From the NCBI RefSeq assembly GCF_009914755.1, contig NC_060930.1: a stretch of DNA of 64,000 nucleotides; one strand, given 5' to 3'. This DNA is from the human T2T-CHM13v2.0 reference genome, Homo sapiens. The position numbers were made by a program, and so were the translations under genes. The notes under the pieces were generated by a model. That model saw only the letters and a program-made list of their open reading frames with translations, was not told where the DNA came from and did no database searches. Below, piece by piece: positions 28,570 to 41,597 of this stretch. Numbering within the stretch: position 1 is the stretch's first letter; each line of letters starts with the position of its first letter.

Positions 28570-29020
28570 CTGAGAAACTGTTCTAACCAGGATAACTCCT
28601 TGAAGGGCATTAATTGCTACTTTGGGATTTACCCTCCCAGTGGCCCAAGTCAAGGAAAGCAAGTCACATTCTTTTGTTTCCAAAAAGGGCCCATTGACTC
28701 TAAGATAAAGACCCATCCCTTGATACACTGAAAGCTCTAATAAGTTTATCTTTTGGGTAAAACTAAATTTTTTTAGTAGACTCAGAGCTTTCTCTTCTGT
28801 AGCAATGATAGTCATAGCTACATTCAGACTGTTTTCCTAATTGATGTAGTAGATGAGGGAAGTGTAGGCATTTATGTTGGTGATTTCAAGGTGATCAAAA
28901 TCAGAGATCAGATCAGTCTGTGCATGATGAGGGCATCAGCTAGGAAGACAATATACAGGGAATGTGGACAGATACAGGAAGGACAGAGTGAAAGGCATTG
29001 TTTGAGTACTGCTTAAGTAC
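28570..29020 (+). promoter_or_regulatory. Candidate OR2J3 promoter / first non-coding exon
   Basis: Paralogous to 19205-19680; conserved homeodomain and O/E-like motifs about 4 kb upstream of the CDS. Confidence 0.6.
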
Positions 29021-29169
29021 TAGGTAATATATAAAGAAATATTATGGTAAGAATAAAAAAACTTGGCCAGTGACATGGGGATGGGGAAAAGAGATTATTT
29101 TCTCCCTCCGTTATACCTGATTTCCAAAACTAGAGAGGATCACTTATTCCTAGTCCATGAAAGCAACTT

Positions 29170-29470
<301 letters not shown>

Positions 29471-31560
29471 TTAAGGATAACTTAAACTTTTGATATGGCT
29501 TTTGATAAGGCTTTTAACTTTTGATAAGGCTTTTATTTTCTGCTCCACCAGGAAGAAGAAAATTAACCCAGAAAAATTCCTACCTTTTCCTTGCTTGCAT
29601 CTGGTAAGTTTTTGTTTGTTTGCTTCTTATCTCATATCTCATTCTAACCTCTCTATGTAAGATTGCTCAAAGATGGGTCATGCAATTGGCAAAGGTATCT
29701 CACAGCTAAATGTTGTTTTAGTTAATGTAATAAATTATCGAGGCAACTGTACAAGAAAGAAGAAAATTTTATCTGCATGAGAGAAGGTAACTATAACATT
29801 TGTGTTCATATTTCTCATGATGTATTATCTCCTATTCTAGAGAAATTTTTAAAAATCTCTTGGAAAATTTTCATCTTCCCTCAAGGGCTGTGACCTCTAA
29901 GTCAAGTAATCTTCATGATTTACTCTTTGACTATTGCTGCTTTTTGATTCAGCTATAGCTTTTAAAATTTTCTTTTAAAACAATGTGCAGACTGATTTTC
30001 CTGGATGGTTGTTTAAGTTGTTGAAAGTAATCTAGATTAGTGTAACAACTGGCTAATGATTATTTACATTACCAAGTCTGTTAAAAGGTCTGAGGTCAAT
30101 CTTTTAATCTTGGGACCAAACTGAATGTTCCAAACTTTTCTGCTGAAACTCAACCAATTAGCTACTCCTGACATTTCTTTCAGGCATTGAATTTATAAAA
30201 CATGAGCGATTAAGAGACCCCTAAAAGAGGCAATCACAGGTGGCCCCACAATGATTTCTTTCTTCCTGTGCCATAGCCAATTGGGAGGTATAAGAAAAAT
30301 AACTGACTGTGGAAGGAATGAAATAGAGGGCATGTGGCAAACCTGGAAGAGGCAAAGAATTCAGAGAAAATGGGGTATTTAAATGGTGGGTTGCTATGCC
30401 TGACACAATAACTATATAACAAAAATAAGTATCATTTTTTTCTATGAAAGATTGAAAACTCACTGGAGAAAAAGCATCACCTAGGAGTCATAACTATTTG
30501 TAAGATATATTTTATTTTTAACAAAAAAAGTAACATGAGATTCACTGGGCACAATGTATTAAATGATGAACAGCCACTTAATGATTCATTAAATATTCAG
30601 AACTCTCTAACTTGGAGAATAAATATGTACTAATTATAGCTCATGCTCAGAATTTATATACTATCTAAATTATTGTCCTGGAGAAAAATACATCATGTAG
30701 AAACCTTCTTCAGGCCCTGTGGTTCAGCTTCTTGAACCCTGTGATAGACACACCTGCAACTCTAAGAACTACACTCAGGTTCTCCTCCATTTTCCTGCCC
30801 CTCCCACTTTTCCTTCCTTCTCTGTTCTCTCACTGAATTTTTATCTTCCTTTCCTTTCTGTAAAGTTTGAATCTTTTCAAATTCAGTTGTAGTCACACAT
30901 CCTTTAGAAAGCATTCTATCACTGTTCTCCCCAGATTTTTAGCTTAGTTCGTATCATGAATACCCATATATTGATGAGCAAGTGTCTGTGTCTTCTCTAC
31001 TTGTATTCAATTTTTCAGTTTAGAAATACATTTTGAGTCCAAGTAAACAAATCACAAGATAAGATTCTTATCTAATTGAAGCTAAACATTTTTTCTTTAG
31101 GTGAACATTTTGAAATGACTAAATTCAATATTTTCCACATATCTTTTCATCCATATGTAAGATTATTGTGATTGCAATGATTACGTTTTCCACAATCACA
31201 TTTAAGAAAATAACCTGAAAATGCTGAAAAGAAAACTAAAGTTCCTTATTTATTAACAAAGAAAGATTTTGTGTTTTATGGAAATTATCTTCCTTAGCTA
31301 GGTTAGGAATTTCCTTCAATTACCATTTACCTAGATGTCACCCTAAAATGAATGAGAACTTGATAGTTATTTTTCTATAATAAGGCAAACATCTAAATAA
31401 AATATAAAATTAAAAAATTATTTTGTATTTTTGTGACTTTTTATTATGGTAAAATTTCAAACTTAGAGAAGAGTTGCAAAAAAGTAGTACAAAAGACTAA
31501 CATTTACCCTTTTACCAGATTGAGTATTAGTTTACATTTTCCCCCAAAGCTTTGTTATAT

Positions 31561-31571
31561 CATCTATCAAC

Positions 31572-31621
<50 letters not shown>

Positions 31622-31632
31622 CCTATCTATCT
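31561..31632. repeat. (TCTA)n tetranucleotide microsatellite within an old L1M fragment
   Basis: Interrupted run of TATC units. Confidence 0.95.
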
Positions 31633-32614
31633 CTTTTTCTGGGCTAGTTGAGAGTAAGTTGGAGATGACACGTTCCTTTACGCCAAATACTTTATTCAGT
31701 GTTTTTTGTCTAAGGAAAAGGATGTTACTTTACATAAGTCCAGCACAGTACCCAAATCAGCAAACTTAATATGGGCACAATATTATTATCTAATCCATAG
31801 TCCACACTGAGATTTCTTAAATTGTCTCAATAATTTTGTTAATAGCTAGTTTTTGAAAAAATCCAGGATTGTACACTGAGAAATCACATCTCACTAGTCT
31901 CTTTTCATCTGGACCAGTTCCTCACCCTTTGTTTTTCTACTTAAACTTGATACTTTTCTGAATTGTATAGGCAAGCTATTTCTCTCAATTTGAGTTTTTC
32001 TCATGTGTCTTCATTATTAGAATTAGTCTTCATTATTAGAATTTTTAACACAAATATCACTGAAGTGACAGCATGTCCTGTTCAGAGCATCATCACAGCA
32101 GGCTCATGATGTTGGTTTGTGCAAATACAGTTGATCTTAAGATCAGTAAAATCACTGGTTATGGTGGTGTCTGACAGGTTTTTCTACTACAAACTTTACT
32201 GTTTTTCAGTTTGAAATTAACTAGAAAGTTGTGAGGAGATATTTTAGACTATTTTAGATATTTGTACATATTCTGTTCCCCATCAAATTTTTATCCACTA
32301 GTTTTTGCAATCATTTATGTTTTTCTTAACACCGTCACCCCTTCTATATTTGTTAATTAGGGATCTACTGTAAGGAATAGCTTTATCTTCACCATTCATT
32401 TATTTATTCTTTTACTTTTTATATCAGTATGAGCTTTATAATTCTTCTTTTGTTAAATTCATTACTACTAATGGTTAAATTGTCCTACAATTAAATGATG
32501 GCAAGCCCTTCAAACTGGCTTTTATTTTTTATTCATGTGTGCTGATATTTTTGGATCATTTGTTTACTCGTTTTTTGAGTTTACCTTTCTTTTTTTTCTC
32601 TCAGGTAATAGGAA

Positions 32615-33550
32615 ATGAATGATGATGGAAAAGTCAATGCTAGCTCTGAGGGGTACTTTATTTTAGTTGGATTTTCTAATTGGCCTCATCTGGAAGTAGT
32701 TATCTTTGTGGTTGTCTTGATCTTCTACTTGATGACACTGATAGGAAACCTGTTCATCATCATCCTGTCATACCTGGACTCCCATCTGCACACACCAATG
32801 TACTTCTTCCTTTCAAACCTCTCATTTCTGGATCTCTGCTACACCACCAGCTCTATCCCTCAGTTGCTGGTCAATCTCTGGGGCCCGGAAAAGACCATCT
32901 CTTATGCTGGTTGCATGATTCAACTTTACTTTGTTCTCGCACTGGGAACCACAGAGTGTGTCCTACTGGTGGTGATGTCCTATGACCGTTATGCAGCTGT
33001 GTGTAGACCTTTGCATTACACTGTCCTCATGCACCCTCGTTTCTGCCACCTGCTGGCTGTGGCTTCTTGGGTAAGTGGTTTTACCAACTCAGCACTTCAT
33101 TCCTCCTTCACCTTCTGGGTACCTCTGTGTGGACACCGCCAAGTAGATCACTTTTTCTGTGAAGTTCCAGCACTTCTGCGATTATCGTGTGTTGATACCC
33201 ATGTCAATGAGCTGACCCTCATGATCACAAGCTCCATATTTGTTCTCATACCTCTCATCCTCATTCTCACTTCTTATGGTGCCATCGTCCAAGCTGTACT
33301 GAGGATGCAGTCAACCACTGGGCTTCAGAAAGTGTTTGGAACATGTGGAGCTCATCTTATGGCTGTATCTCTCTTTTTCATTCCGGCCATGTGCATATAT
33401 CTCCAGCCACCATCAGGAAATTCTCAAGATCAAGGCAAGTTCATTGCCCTCTTTTATACTGTTGTCACACCTAGTCTTAACCCTCTAATCTACACCCTCA
33501 GAAACAAAGTTGTAAGAGGGGCAGTGAAGAGACTAATGGGGTGGGAATGA
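32615..33550 (+). CDS. OR2J3: Olfactory receptor 2J3 (311 aa; known cis-3-hexen-1-ol receptor)
   Basis: Intact OR ORF; N-terminus [15 protein letters not shown] recognised as OR2J3; strong acceptor (ctttttttttctctcAG, 32603-32604) 10 nt before the ATG. Confidence 0.95.
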   Translation: MNDDGKVNASSEGYFILVGFSNWPHLEVVIFVVVLIFYLMTLIGNLFIIILSYLDSHLHTPMYFFLSNLSFLDLCYTTSSIPQLLVNLWGPEKTISYAGCMIQLYFVLALGTTECVLLVVMSYDRYAAVCRPLHYTVLMHPRFCHLLAVASWVSGFTNSALHSSFTFWVPLCGHRQVDHFFCEVPALLRLSCVDTHVNELTLMITSSIFVLIPLILILTSYGAIVQAVLRMQSTTGLQKVFGTCGAHLMAVSLFFIPAMCIYLQPPSGNSQDQGKFIALFYTVVTPSLNPLIYTLRNKVVRGAVKRLMGWE

Positions 33551-35890
33551 GCCTGTGTATGTGTCATATTAACAATATAACAGAGTCTCCCCTCACAATG
33601 ATTCATCCTTCTATTTATTTATCAACCATTCTTTTATTCACTCACTCTGTTAGCACTTGCTGAGCATGTACTCTAACAAGGTCGTGGAGTTCCTGGTAAC
33701 AGGTAGGAATAAAACACAGTCAGCCTAAATACCATTCACTTGTGGAGAAAACAGCTATGTAAAATCAAGATAAAACATCTATAGTGATGTTTTTCCATGG
33801 TACAAACCTAATGTATCCAAGACAGACATTTCTCGATTGAAAATAAGGCATGAAATTTGTTGTAAATCTTGATAAAAGCGAAGCTGTAAATCCTATGAAA
33901 AGATGATACTCTCAATTTAAAAATCTCTACAATATGTCTTTTAATTTCTTGCTTTTTGGGCAGAATACTTTTGTCTTCTATCTTTAGTGTAGTTAAATAC
34001 ACAGCAAAATACTTCAAATCCTTTTCTCCAACAATGCTTATTCTTTGTCGGATAGTAAATTTTGAGAGGAATTTTGGTCCATATTCTTTCATATCCAGTA
34101 TCAATAGTAGAACAATAAGTTTTATGAATTGTAGTAAGAGAGGCTTTGAAACAGTATAGCAGAAGTCAGCATCTGAGATCCCTCTTTTTTGCAAGGCAGT
34201 GAGAAATATATAGGAAGTAAAAGGAGCTGGTAAAGCTGAGCTATGGAGCTTATAAACAAATGGTCATCATAGGCTAGGTATACTTAGGTGAGGTAAGTGC
34301 TTGGAGCAACTGCATTACCTAAGGAACTAAGGAAAACATTTGAGGCAAATAGAGAGGCTCTGAAAATGACTTGAAGCCAATGGGTGTATGAAAGAATTAT
34401 GTGAAAATATATTGGAAAAATTTTATGATAGAAACTGTCATATGGAAAATGATAGCTTATTTTTATTTTAAAGCTTGATCTAATTTGAGTATTTATGGTT
34501 AATAAGTATATTATGTATGTCAATATATGTGTTTCAAATAAAGAAATCTATTTTATAGAAGTAATCATTTTGTTTTATATATTATTGTCAACCATCTTCA
34601 TTTGAAATAATTGCGCTATACCTAGAGCAATTTAAACTGACAGTCATAGTCAAATGAAGCGGAAAAATGGCTAAAGGAGAATTCAGTATAAAGTAACGTA
34701 CTTGCAATGCCTGAGTTTTCTCTATAACTCAAATGTCAGCTGTAGCTTTTGAGGCCTGTGAGATTTAGATATGATTGATTCACACACTATTTCCTAAATT
34801 ATTATAAAAATAAAAACGCATCTCAGAACTTCCCTCCAATTTCTAGTGTGACTTGCAATTGCATTGATTCTGCTGACTTTATCTTCCTTCTGCATCTCTG
34901 ACTCTTCCTTTATTTCTAACTAGGCATGAAAAATATGAGGCATGTGCCCTTGTCCTTAACCTTACCCAAGAAGTGAAGAACCAAGAATAATGTATGTAAA
35001 ATGACTTTTAGCAAGAATTGGGACCACATACGGTAAAACATCACATAAAAACACATTTTTAAAAACTTAAAGAACATAACTTCGCCCTTTGAACTGTTTT
35101 CTACTATGGAAATCTTACGATTTGGAGCACTTACGGTAGCATCCTGGTTTCTCACCTACTCAAATATCCCCCCCCCCCATCTTTATTAAGGATAAGTGAA
35201 AAAAATGTATTTATTTATAATATACAGCATAATGTTTTGACATATGCATAATTATGCAATTATTACTCAAGCTAATTAACAGATCATTAACTCACATACT
35301 TACCTGTTTTGTGGTGAGAACATTTAGGATCTATTATCTTAGCAGTTTTCAACTATGCAGTACAGTATTATTAGCTATAGTCACCATACCGTAGAATAGA
35401 TCTCTTGAATTTGTTCCTTCCATCTGAAACTTTGTACCCTTTGACCAATATCTCCCCATTTTCCCTATTTCTCTCCACTGCTAACCCCTGACAAGCATCT
35501 TTCTGCTACTCTGTGCTTCTATGATTCATTTTATGTCGATTTCACATATGAGATCATGCAGTATTTGTTTTTCTGTGCCTGGCTTATTTTACTTAGCAAA
35601 ATGTCTTCAGGTTTGCCATGTTGTTGAGAATATTAAGACTTCCTTCTTGTTTTCAGGCAGAATAGTATTCTATTATATATATACTACACTTTCTTTATTC
35701 ACTCATTCATTGACAGACACTTAGATTGATTCAATACCTTGGCTATTATGAATTTGCTGTCATAAAGATGGGTGTATAGATAGCTTTTCAACATAGTGAT
35801 TTAATTCTTTTGGATATATACCTAGAATATATACAAATGGATCATACGGTAGTTCTATTTTTATTCATTTATTTTTAATTTATATATTTA

Positions 35891-36678
35891 TTTATTTATT
35901 TTTTATTTATTTATTTATTTATTTTTATTATACTTTAAGTTTTAGGGTACATGTGCACATTGTGCAGGTTAGTTACATATGTATACATGTGCCATGCTGG
36001 TGCGCTGCACCCACTAACTCGTCATCTAGCATTAGGTATATCTCCCAATGCTATCCCTCCCCCCTCCCCCCACCCCACCACAGTCCCCAGAGTGTGATAT
36101 TCCCCTTCCTGTGTCCATGTGATCTCATTGTTCAATTCCCACCTATGAGTGAGAATACACAGTGTTTGGTTTTTTGTTCTTGCGTTAGTTTACTGAGAAT
36201 GATGATTTCCAATTTCATCCATGTCCCTACAAAGGACATGAACTCATCATTTTTTATGGCTGCATAGTATTCCATGGTGTATATGTGCCACATTTTCTTA
36301 ATCCAGTCTATCATTGTTGGACATTTGGGTTGGTTCCAAGTCTTTGCTATTGTGAATAATGCTGCAATAAACATACGTGTGCATGTGTCTTTATAGCAGC
36401 ATGATTTATAGTCCTTTGGGTATATACCCAGTAATGGGATGGCTGGGTCAAATGGTATTTCTAGTTCTAGATCCCTGAGGAATCGCCACACTGACTTCCA
36501 CAATGGTTGAACTAGTTTACAGTCCCACCAACAGTGTAAAAGTGTTCCTATTTCTCCACATCCTCTCCAGCACCTGTTGTTTCCTGACTTTTTAATGATT
36601 GCCATTCTAACTGGTGTAAGATGGTATCTCATTGTGGTTTTGATTTGCATTTCTCTGATGGCCAGTGATGATGAGCAT
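35891..36678 (-). mobile_element. Young L1 (L1PA2-like), 5'-truncated, about 0.8 kb
   Basis: Uninterrupted ORF2 C-terminal 172 aa (36132-36650); the 3' UTR diagnostic reads GAG, not ACA or ACG; TSD TTTATATATTTA at about 35879-35890 and 36679-36690. Confidence 0.92.
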
Positions 36679-36696
36679 TTTATATATTTAATTTAA

Positions 36697-36988
<292 letters not shown>

Positions 36989-39179
36989 ATATTTTTAATT
37001 TATTTAGGAACCTTCACAGTGGTTTTCATCATGGCTGTCCTAATTTACATTTCCAAAAACAGTGTATAAGGATTCCCTTTTCTGCATATTCTTCTCAACA
37101 TCTGTTATCCTTTGTCTTTTTTCATAATAGACATTCTAACTGATGTAAGGTATGAGGTGATATCTACTGGTGTGGGCCTGGACTTTAGGTCCACTGGAGC
37201 CTAGAGCAGTGGGGACCATCCCCCTGAAGCCTGGAGCTGGTGTGGTGCTAGAGTGGAACTTACTGCCTTGGGGGCTGGTCTGGAGTCCGGGTTTATGGGG
37301 CCCAGCTTATATGTACTGGTCTGGAGGCTAGATCCTTGGGTACTGGCATGGGTCTTGGGGCTACAGAGTCTGACCTGGGGGGCCAACTGGCACTGGAAAG
37401 TCCTATTTTGCCATTTTATTGATACCACTTCTCACTATCTAAATTCTTTTTTTTTCTTTTTAACTTTCTGTGCTCTTTTCTCCTTTTTCTCTTACAAAAC
37501 ATATACATTTTCTTTTATATGTATAGACTTTTCATTTTCTTTTGGGAGGTTATAATTATAGTATATCTAATGTTGAATCCTAGCCATATTAGCCTGTGCT
37601 GTGTAATTTGTAATCTGAGAAATAGATCAGTTACCAAAAATTCCACCAAAGATTAACACTGGTATTACTGTTTTTATTGTTTTGTACTTTTCAAACCAGT
37701 CGAACAGACTTTATGCAGTATTATCACAGATAGGACAACAGGAATGAGTTTTCTCACTTTATCAAACTGAAGGGAAGAAAATAGGTGGCTTGTATAACTT
37801 CTGGCAACTTGTATGTGAAAAAATCAGGGTAAGGACAATACATTTTTAGCTCTGACAACCCATTCCTATGTCAACAACACTGAAGGCAAAATAGAAGCCC
37901 TGAGATGCTCCCCTTGTCAGCCCTAAACCTTATGAAAACATTTGTGAACTGGGATTTCCAAAGCACACATGAATTTGTATGGCAAGCAACTTTACTGAAG
38001 AACTAACAGTGAAGCCAGCTTTTTCCCAGATAGGAATGAAGGCTAACCTCATGGAAGCATCAGCTTCTTTTGCCCTGTAAATTTCTCCTCCCCATTCAGA
38101 CAGATGTCTCCCAGTCTTTGTCCACTGTATCTTATACTTGTTGCTGTGCAGCATATTCTTATATACATGCTCAATTATCTTTTCTTATTTTAACTCTGCA
38201 GTACAGAATTGTTGGCACAAATATGTCATCCAGGTAATCACAGAAAGTAGCTCTGGCTTCCAGCCTAGGTACACTCCGTCTGTATTCTGCTATGTAGCTC
38301 AGGTTCATATCTCCTATTTTACATATGTGAGGCTGGAAAGGTGATTAGTGATCATATATTATGAAAACACTACATGATTTCAAACATAAGTTTCAAATAC
38401 AAGTGATTATATACCAAGTATCATCCAACAATCACAAAAAAACTCATGGAAAAGTTATAAAAATAGTAGAAAGACTTACCATTGAGCTTCACCAGATTTA
38501 AAAAATCTTAGCATTTCAACATGTATGGTTTATCATTCTCACTTTATACTAATGTTAATATGCATTTAAATTTTTTTTCTAAACTATTACGCTGTAATGC
38601 ACATGTTCCCCTAGGTTGTCACAAGAATATTTCCTAAAAAAGTATCTAATCCAGGATCATAAGGTGGCAGTGTGATGTCTCTTTTTTCTCTTTAATTGGG
38701 AACCATTCCTCAGTCTGTCTGTCTCTTCAATGCACCTTATAGTTTTGAAGAGTGCAGGCCGGCCATTTACTTTAACAAAATAATTGTTTTTAACAAATAA
38801 GGGGGATTTATTGCTTATAAAACCAAAAAGTTCAGCAGTAGTGTGGGCTTCAGGTATAGCTTGATCAGTGCTCTGGATCAATATCTCTGCAGTTTCCTCA
38901 GCTATGTCCTCTTCCATGTATTGGATTTGTCATCAAGTTGATTCCCCTCACAATCACGAAACATTGTCAGCAATAATCAGGCCTATATGCTTCCTTGTTC
39001 ACATTCAAGAGGTTGAATATCATCCTATAATCAATGAACAAAAATGGCTCTTTATACAGAGCTTCATACTGACGCATAAGTTGTCTGCACATTCCTGGCA
39101 ACATGTTTGGGACAAGGGGCGAAAATGCAATGATTGGCTGAGATTAATTGGGGGCCACTTCTGAAGCCAGGTTTTCAGT

Positions 39180-39585
39180 GAAAGGGCCATATATGCAAAG
39201 CCATCTCTCAAATGCACAAAGAGCAGATAAATCAAAGAAGGAGGCAGACAAATCTAGCTTGTTGGTTTGGGGTGATTTACTAAAGGAATTTACAGACATA
39301 TATGTTGTCTTGGGTGGCCACAACATAGTTAGATTTTGCACTGCAGTCCTCCAGATCTAGGGCTTATCTTTTGAGGAAAGTATACTTGCTCTGAAAGAAA
39401 CATGTAGGTAGCTACAGGTGCCATGGACTATGCTTCCTACAACAGCGTCAAGGGTTGTTTTGGAGGAAACTTACAGTGAATACATGTTCCTACATAAAGA
39501 GTAATATATCAACTTAACATCTTATAGGGACTCAGGGTTATTCAGAAGTTACACGGCAGATTAGCATTTAAAATAAAGTCACTCT
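39180..39585. mobile_element. ERV1/MER4-group LTR-like element
   Basis: 'gaggcagacaaatctagcttgttgg...gtgatttactaaaggaatttacagaca...gtcttgggtggc' resembles MER4-group LTRs; family uncertain. Confidence 0.5.
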
Positions 39586-40317
39586 TGCTCCTGCACTGGG
39601 GGTGGGGTTAATTTCATCCAAAGCACATGCTACACAGTGTAGGTGAGATGGGATAACTATTGGGAGGCAACAGTAATATCATAGTCTCTATTGTCTGCAT
39701 GAGAAAACTGACCACAACAGAGCTAGTAAGTGATGAAGCTTGGATTCAAATGTGGGCTTTCTAACTTCATAGTTTGTTCTTAATCACTAGGCAATTGTTC
39801 CTCCCTATAGACATCTGAACTCTTTAAAACAAGAAGGTGAGGATTCAGTATGTACATTTCTTGGCTCTTTGCAACTTGTCATGGGAAGGTCTTCATTTTC
39901 TCCTATTCTTTGTTTTAACACCTAATATTTGAACCACACTGAATTTATCTTACTCTCTTACTGTCCTGAGGATGTTCACAAGAACTTTTCCTTCAAGGTT
40001 AAAATGTGTCACTCATACCTCAACCAAACATTTCATATTTGCAGCAATTATGCTTATTCACATAAGGTTGTAAATTCCTCAAGGCTCAACCAATGGCTGA
40101 GAAGTGTTTTGGGCCACTGTACCTTTAACAGGCCATTGGTGCATGAAGAACATCAGCGACAATGTCATTCTCCTAGACCACTGGGCAGTATCTGCCATAT
40201 GTAGGCCAGTCGTTATTTTTTATTACCATTATTACTAATTTTTACTATTATTACTATAGTGGTTTCCAAATAATGATTCTTAAAGTTCCATCATTCCTTC
40301 TAAACTTATTAGTTTGT

Positions 40318-40760
40318 GTGGTAGGCTAAATACTTCCTCTCCTTGTCGCAAATGATCACACCCTAACCTCTGGGACTTGTTATTATATGTTACTTTACAT
40401 GGCAAAAGGATTTTTATAGATGTGATTAAATTCAGAACCTTGAGTTGGGATTATTATCCTGAATTAGCCAGGTGGGCTGACATAGTCATATGTGTTCATA
40501 TAAGAGGGAGGCCAGAGGTCAGAGAGAAGATAGTCTGCTGCTGACTTTAAAGAAACAGGAATGGGCCATGAGCCAAGGAAAACAGGTTGCTTCTAGAAGC
40601 TGGAGTAGTTGAGAAAACAGATTCTCTCTGAAAGCCTACAGAAGAAATGCAGCCCTGTAGACCCAATTTAGTATTCCTATCTCCAGATACATGATATTTT
40701 TGTTATTTTAAACACCAAATTTGTAGTAATTTGTTATAGCAACAATGGAAAACTAATAGA
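40318..40760 (+). mobile_element. MLT1 (MaLR) solo LTR
   Basis: Starts 'tgtggtaggctaaata', contains 'gggccatgagccaaggaa...ttctagaagctgga', ends 'gtaatttgttatagcaacaatggaaaactaata'. Confidence 0.88.
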
Positions 40761-40993
40761 GTTGGCATTCTATATGAAGGAATAGCTTTCCTTTTTCCTG
40801 TGTGTGTGTGTGTGTGTACGTGTGGGTATCAGGTATTATTTATCTATGTGTCTACCTATATATCATAATATGGTCTTATGCATTATTATTTCATTCTGTC
40901 ATTATTTTGATGCTGAAATGGTCACTGTTTTGGCTAGAGAGGACCCCTTCCAGTTGGCTCATATATCTTTTTTATATGTCTCCATACTTCTTA

Positions 40994-41232
40994 AGGCCAA
41001 GATGGGCAGATCACAAGGTCAGGAGGTCCACACCATCCTGGCTAACACGGTGAAACCCCATCTCTATTAAAAATACAAAAAAATTAGCTGGGCGTGTTGG
41101 CGGGCGCCTGTAGTCCCAGCTACTCGGGAGGCTAAGGCAGGAGAATGGTGTGAACCCGGGAGGCGGAGCTCGGTGCCACTGCACTCCAGCCTGGGCAACA
41201 GAGCGAGACTCCGTCTCAAAAAAAAAAAAAAA
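40994..41232 (+). mobile_element. AluY, 5'-truncated, with a small right-arm deletion
   Basis: AluY diagnostics 'ccatcctggctaacacggtgaaacc' and 'gagaatggtgtgaacccgggaggcggagct'; the 'tgcagtgagccgagat' segment is missing. Confidence 0.92.
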
Positions 41233-41597
41233 GAATTTCTTACTGTTGGCAAACTGAGACGATCTTAACATATCTGACACTTTTCTTTGGGAGGAATAGA
41301 TAACTTTGTTTATCTTAGGTCAAATGACAAAAACTTTGAATAAAGTACTGGGGTTTCCTAATGAACAATTCACTAGAAATGCATGGAATAGATAACACCA
41401 AGGCATGGTAATATTGTTGACAAATATTTATTTAGTTATAACATCACATTTCTTTACCCACTCAGGAAATGGAAAGTTTTTGTATTGTGCTTGAGAGTGA
41501 GGCAATGGTGAAGAACAGTGACTGGCTATGGGTTTGGGGAGTCATTTGGCAGGAGTGTAAATCCTTGAAATTTGAAAATCTTTCAAATTATCTTGAT

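Noticed and set aside
29485-29540. Short tandem duplications (also 10380-10450, 12038-12060 and 32007-32045)
   Set aside because: Ordinary slippage duplications of 10-35 bp with no sign of function.
32680-32985. Alternative-frame and antisense ORFs inside OR genes (also 7811-8008 and 59102-59389)
   Set aside because: Shadow ORFs of the OR coding sequences with no independent evidence.
33808-34194. 128-aa minus-strand ORF downstream of OR2J3
   Set aside because: AT-rich composition, non-ATG start and no motif; consistent with chance.
36132-36650. 172-aa ORF as a functional gene or active L1
   Set aside because: It is only the ORF2 C-terminus of a 0.8-kb 5'-truncated L1 and lacks the L1HS-Ta ACA diagnostic.
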